Shown one piece after another: positions 59,803 to 64,000 of a stretch of 64,000 nt of DNA. Source of the stretch: Planctomycetota bacterium (lineage in GTDB: Bacteria > Planctomycetota > PLA2 > JAEUHO01). The stretch is taken from assembly GCA_050248855.1 (NCBI GenBank), contig JBFWRP010000007.1, positions 64,001 through 128,000 of the forward strand, given 5' to 3'. The notes beneath the pieces were generated by a model. That model searched no databases. It was not told where the DNA came from and was given only the letters and a program-made list of their open reading frames with translations. The stretch's first letter is position 1. Every line of letters begins with the position of its first letter. The translations under genes were made by a program, and so were the position numbers.

Positions 59803-62769
59803 ATGCTGCTCCGAACGCTTCTCCTGACCGTCCTCCTCGTGCCTCTTGCCATGCCCGCGCCGGTAGGCGCGGAGGACGAGGCGCCGGCCACGTACACCCC
59901 GGACGAGCTGGCCGCCCTGGACCGTGCCCTCGATGCGGCCAACCTGACGCGCGAGGACCTGCGCTTCGAGAAGGACCTGGCGCAAGGGCATGCGTGCCTC
60001 GAGCGCGTGCGGGCACTGTTGCGCGACCCGCTGGAGATCGCGCCGACGATCGATGCGCTCGCGGCCCGGTTGCGCCCCGACAGCGACGACGTGCTGTCGC
60101 CAGGGGTCGTGTTGCAGCAAGCACGTGACCTGCTCGATCTTCCGGCAGTCGAGCGCGATCGCGCCGCGCCGCCGCCAGCCCCTACGTCTCCGGAGGCCGC
60201 GCTGGCGCGGCTGGCCGAGCTGGTAGGGGAAGACCTGGAGCCCCTCTTCGCCCCCGTCGGCGACGACGACGTCGCGCGCCAAGCAGTGCGTCGGTACCTG
60301 CCGGAGCAGATGGCGTGGCACGAGGTGTTCGGCTCGCCGCTCGACGCGGAGGCCGAAGCGGCGGTGAAAGCGTGGCGCGAGGGCCAACCCGAGAGCTGGC
60401 TGCACGACCGGCTGGTCCGGTTGGACGTGGGCGGCGTGCTGCTGGCGGCCGACGCGATCCTGCTCGACACGCTCGACGAGGTGCTGTCGTGGCCCGCGGC
60501 TGCCTACCCGCTGGACGCCGCGCTCGTCCTCGAGACGCCGCACGGCCGCATCGGCCTGGGCACGGCGGACGACGACGTGTGGACCGGCGACTTCGCCGCG
60601 ATCGTCGATCCCGGCGGGAACGACCGCTACGTCGGGGGGCGCATGGGCGCCGCCAACGGCCTGCCGGGGCAGCGCATCGGCCTCTTGATCGACCGGGGCG
60701 GGGACGACGTCTACGACACCCCGGACGTGGACCTCACGCTGGGCAGTGCCGTCCTGGGCATCGCCCTGCTGGCCGACCTGGGGCTCGGCAACGACCGCTA
60801 CAGCGCGGGGCACGGGAGCCTGGGCGCGGCGATGGGCGGCGTGGGCATCCTCGTGGACGACGGCGGGAGCGACACGTACGAGGGCAAGGCGTACACGCAG
60901 GGGGCCGCGGGCTTCGGCGTGGGCGCCCTGCTCGACATGGGCGCCAGTCGCAAGCCCGTGCTGTCGCGCGACGAGGGCACGCCGGATCCCGTCAACATCG
61001 GCGCGTTCGACAACGACCGCTTCACGGCGTGGTCCTCGGCCCAGGCTTTCGCCCGCTGCCGCGGCATCGCCTTGCTCGTCAACGCGCGGGGCAACGACCG
61101 CTACGAGGCGGGGGGCGTGTACCTGCACGCACCGCTGTTCGCCGACCGCTACCAGTCGTTCTCGCAGGGCTTCGCCATCGGCGAGCGGGGCGTGGACTAC
61201 GCCGGGGGCGTCGCGCTGCTGGCCGACTTCGACGGCAACGACCGCTACCTCGGCGACATCTACAACCAAGGCGTGGGCTATTGGTACGCGGCGGGGCTGC
61301 TCTACGACGGCGGTGGCAACGACCTCTACGAGATGACGCAGTACGGCCAGGGCAGCGGCATCCACTTGGCCGTCGGCGGCCTCGTGGACGAGAGCGGCAA
61401 CGACACCTACGTCATGCACAGCGGCCTGGGCCAGGGCGGCAGCCACGACTACGCGGCCAGCGTCCTGCACGATCGCGGCGGCAACGACCGCTACCTCGGT
61501 AGCACCTCGTGCAACGGCTGCGGCCTGACCAACAGCGTAGGGCTGCACCTGGACCGCAGCGGCGACGACATCTACGGGGCGCGGCGCGAGGGCGGGATCA
61601 ACACGGGACGCCCCGCGCGGGGCTTCGGCAGCATCGGCGTGCTCGTGGACCTCCTCGGCAAGGACGACTACCTGGGCGTCATGGCCGACGACACGGGGTG
61701 GATGCACACGGACGTCGGCGTGGGCCTGGACCTGACGCCGCCCGCACCCGACGAGGAGACGCCCACGGCCCCCACCACGCCCGAGGAGGGCGAGCAAGCC
61801 CCGCTCCCCCCCATCTGCACCTACGAGGGCGAGCTCACGGACGCCGTCTTCGACGCGCTCTGGAAGGTCGCCATCCGCTGGGAGGTCGGCGACAACCGCC
61901 ACATCGTGCCCGTGGCCCGCACGCGCATCGCGGCCTTCGGCCCGGACGTGCTGCCGCACATCGACCGCGTGTTCGGCCAGAGTGCCAGCGGTCTCGAGAT
62001 CCGCGGCTTCGTCGGCGTGTTGCGGCTCTTGGTGGACGCCGGGCACGAGGACGCCGTGGCCGACGTGCTGCGCAAGAACCTCGCGCACGACGACGCCACG
62101 CGCTCCACCGGCGCGCTGGCCACGTTGGCCGACTTGAAGCTGGCCTCGCTCGCACCGGACGTGGCCCAGCTGCTCGAGAGCTCGGACCGCCGTCGTGCGC
62201 GGCGCGCTGCGGGCGTCCTGAAGGCACTGTCGAGCGACGCGGGGCGCGAGGTCCTGCTCACGTGGCTCGAGCCCGAGGGCGACGAGCGCGACGTGGCCGC
62301 CGCGCTGGACGCCCTGCTGGGCACGGGGGCCGACGTCTACGACGCGGTGCGACCCTTGCTCGTCCACCCCCACCTCTCGGTTCGCGGGCGCTTGGTGGGG
62401 CTGCTCGCAGCGCGGCCCGACGACTACCTGGCGCACGTGCAGGAGGACTGGCGTGATGCATCGCTGGCGCGACGCGTCCGGCGCACGCTGTACCAGGTGC
62501 TCGTGCAGACGGAGCAAGCGGTCCCTTCCGAGCGCGACCTACGGCGTCTGGACGACGACCTCAGGAGCGACGATCCCGGGCTGCGCGCCGACGCCGCGCG
62601 CTTGCTGCGCGCATGGGGCGAGCGGGAAGCGATGAACCCCACGGAAGCGGTGCAGGACAAGCTCGAAGACATGGAACGGCTTCTGCAGAGCGAGGCGGAC
62701 CCGTTCGTACGGGCCGCGCTGCGCAGCGACCGTGGCGGGCAGGGGGCAGGCCAGCAAGGTAGAAAGTAG
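59803..62769 (+). CDS. Secreted protein with ~12 D-x-x-G-N-D-x-Y repeats and C-terminal HEAT repeats
   Basis: Signal peptide. DPGGNDRY, DRGGDDVY, DDGGSDTY, DFDGNDRY, DGGGNDLY, DESGNDTY, DRGGNDRY, DRSGDDIY and similar units. Confidence 0.8.
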   Translation: MLLRTLLLTVLLVPLAMPAPVGAEDEAPATYTPDELAALDRALDAANLTREDLRFEKDLAQGHACLERVRALLRDPLEIAPTIDALAARLRPDSDDVLSPGVVLQQARDLLDLPAVERDRAAPPPAPTSPEAALARLAELVGEDLEPLFAPVGDDDVARQAVRRYLPEQMAWHEVFGSPLDAEAEAAVKAWREGQPESWLHDRLVRLDVGGVLLAADAILLDTLDEVLSWPAAAYPLDAALVLETPHGRIGLGTADDDVWTGDFAAIVDPGGNDRYVGGRMGAANGLPGQRIGLLIDRGGDDVYDTPDVDLTLGSAVLGIALLADLGLGNDRYSAGHGSLGAAMGGVGILVDDGGSDTYEGKAYTQGAAGFGVGALLDMGASRKPVLSRDEGTPDPVNIGAFDNDRFTAWSSAQAFARCRGIALLVNARGNDRYEAGGVYLHAPLFADRYQSFSQGFAIGERGVDYAGGVALLADFDGNDRYLGDIYNQGVGYWYAAGLLYDGGGNDLYEMTQYGQGSGIHLAVGGLVDESGNDTYVMHSGLGQGGSHDYAASVLHDRGGNDRYLGSTSCNGCGLTNSVGLHLDRSGDDIYGARREGGINTGRPARGFGSIGVLVDLLGKDDYLGVMADDTGWMHTDVGVGLDLTPPAPDEETPTAPTTPEEGEQAPLPPICTYEGELTDAVFDALWKVAIRWEVGDNRHIVPVARTRIAAFGPDVLPHIDRVFGQSASGLEIRGFVGVLRLLVDAGHEDAVADVLRKNLAHDDATRSTGALATLADLKLASLAPDVAQLLESSDRRRARRAAGVLKALSSDAGREVLLTWLEPEGDERDVAAALDALLGTGADVYDAVRPLLVHPHLSVRGRLVGLLAARPDDYLAHVQEDWRDASLARRVRRTLYQVLVQTEQAVPSERDLRRLDDDLRSDDPGLRADAARLLRAWGEREAMNPTEAVQDKLEDMERLLQSEADPFVRAALRSDRGGQGAGQQGRK

Positions 62770-62804
62770 GGCTCCGCCTGTTCTTCCCCCCTGGAGGTCC
62801 TCCC

Positions 62805-63275
62805 ATGCGTCTCGTCGCCGTTTGCGTTCTCGCCCTCGCCGGCTCCGTCTTCGCCCTCTCGCTGCCCAGCACCCCCGCCGGGGCCCACTGCGAAGTGCCG
62901 TGCGGCATCTTCGACGACGCCGGGCGCTTCACGCAGATGCTGGAGGATCACTCGACGATCGCCAAGGCGATGGTGCAGATCCGCGACCTCGCCGAGAAGA
63001 AGGACGCCCTGTCCCTGAACCAGGGCGTGCGCTGGGTCATGACCAAGGAAGACCACGCCACCAAGGTCATGGACACCATCGCGCAGTACTTCATGGCCCA
63101 GCGCATCAAGCCCGGCGCGGACGAAGCTGCGCAGGGCGTCTACATCGACCAGCTCACCAAGGCCCACGCCGTGATGACCTCGGCGATGCGCTGCAAGCAG
63201 AGCGTGGCCGACGCGGACGCCAAGGGGCTGCACGACGCGATCCACGCGTTCCAGACCGCCTACACCAAGAAGTAG
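62805..63275 (+). CDS. sodN: Nickel superoxide dismutase precursor
   Basis: GGAGG RBS and signal peptide ending AGA. Ni-hook HCEVPCGIFD, RWVMTKEDHA, YFMAQRIKP, KQSV. Confidence 0.92.
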   Translation: MRLVAVCVLALAGSVFALSLPSTPAGAHCEVPCGIFDDAGRFTQMLEDHSTIAKAMVQIRDLAEKKDALSLNQGVRWVMTKEDHATKVMDTIAQYFMAQRIKPGADEAAQGVYIDQLTKAHAVMTSAMRCKQSVADADAKGLHDAIHAFQTAYTKK

Positions 63276-63350
63276 GTCCGGGAACACGTCTCCGCCGCGA
63301 GCGAACTCGCCCGCGGCGAGCGGTCCCGCGCCACGCCGGCGTCTCCCGTT

Positions 63351-63391
63351 CGAGGCCGCGCGGCCCTCATTCCAGGGCCCGCGCGGCCTCG
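63351..63391. terminator. Strong hairpin between the convergent sodN and HAD genes
   Basis: CGAGGCCGCGCGG/CCGCGCGGCCTCG plus an inner CCCT/AGGG stem. No clear U tract. Confidence 0.45.
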
Positions 63392-63573
63392 TCGTGTTCG
63401 GGCACGGGGCTTGCTCCCCTGCCGCACGCGTCGCACCGAGCGGCGCGAGACTCCGTCGCCGAACGGGCCGGACCTCCGGAAGTCGGTTGGCATGAGCCCC
63501 AAGCTGCCAGCCGGCGCGGATTGCACGGGCGGCGGCGGAGTCCCGCGCCGGCAGTGCGGCCACGCGTTGCGCG

Positions 63574-64000
63574 CTAGCCTTCGCCGAAGCGGACTTCGAG
63601 CTGCTTGGCGGCGAGGTGGAGGTCGTCGGCGGCCCAGCCGTCGTCGGGGTGCGGGCCGCGGACGAGGAGCGCGGGCAGGCCGATGGCCTCGGCGCCGCGG
63701 ATGTCGGCGTCGAGGTTGTCGCCGACCATCACGATGGTGTCGGCGCCGTTGCACGCCGCGATCGCGGCCAGGAAGGCCTGCGGGTGCGGCTTCTCCACGC
63801 CCAGGTGCGCTGACGACAGCACGGCATCCACGAGGTCCCGCAGCCCCAGGGCTTGCACGATGTCGTGAAGCTCGGGCACGTGGTTGGAGAGGATCACGTG
63901 CCGCCAGCCGGATGCGCGCAGACGCGTCAGGGCGGCCAGCGTGTCCGGGAAGAGGTGGAACTCCTCGGCGCGCGTGTACCGGGGTCGCACGGCCGCAGCC
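63574..64000 (-). CDS. HAD-superfamily hydrolase (N-terminus outside the window)
   Basis: ILSNH, GVEKPHPQAF, MVGDNLDADIRGA. Confidence 0.88.
   Translation of the reverse strand, partial: AAAVRPRYTRAEEFHLFPDTLAALTRLRASGWRHVILSNHVPELHDIVQALGLRDLVDAVLSSAHLGVEKPHPQAFLAAIAACNGADTIVMVGDNLDADIRGAEAIGLPALLVRGPHPDDGWAADDLHLAAKQLEVRFGEG

Overview
A very GC-rich, densely coding bacterial chromosome segment. The gene content points to Planctomycetota/PVC (inference): many HEAT-repeat and carboxypeptidase-regulatory-like secreted proteins, a Ser/Thr kinase-ECF sigma pair, a DUF1570-like peptidase and a prenyltransferase-repeat protein. Housekeeping genes are rnd, nadE, an rlmI-like methyltransferase, gdhA, groES-groEL, ligA, a HelY-like helicase, uppP, htpX, sodN, a Btu/Fec-type ABC importer and tRNA-Gly(GCC). 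Five observations stand out. (1) A ~1.1-kb element encodes an HUH/Y1 (RAYT-like) transposase, yet it is bounded by perfect 30-bp inverted repeats and a 9-bp direct repeat, an end structure typical of DDE insertion sequences rather than HUH elements. (2) An unannotated 44-aa Cys-rich lipoprotein resembles chlamydial OmcA. (3) An FHA-only protein and an FHA-kinase are divergent from glutamate dehydrogenase, reminiscent of GarA/PknG. (4) A GT2-HD-GYP-PilZ cluster suggests c-di-GMP control of a polysaccharide. (5) A 150-aa protein carries a ~110-residue almost pure Asp/Glu tract. No CRISPR array, rRNA or prophage was seen. All family calls come from motif recognition by eye, not from database searches.
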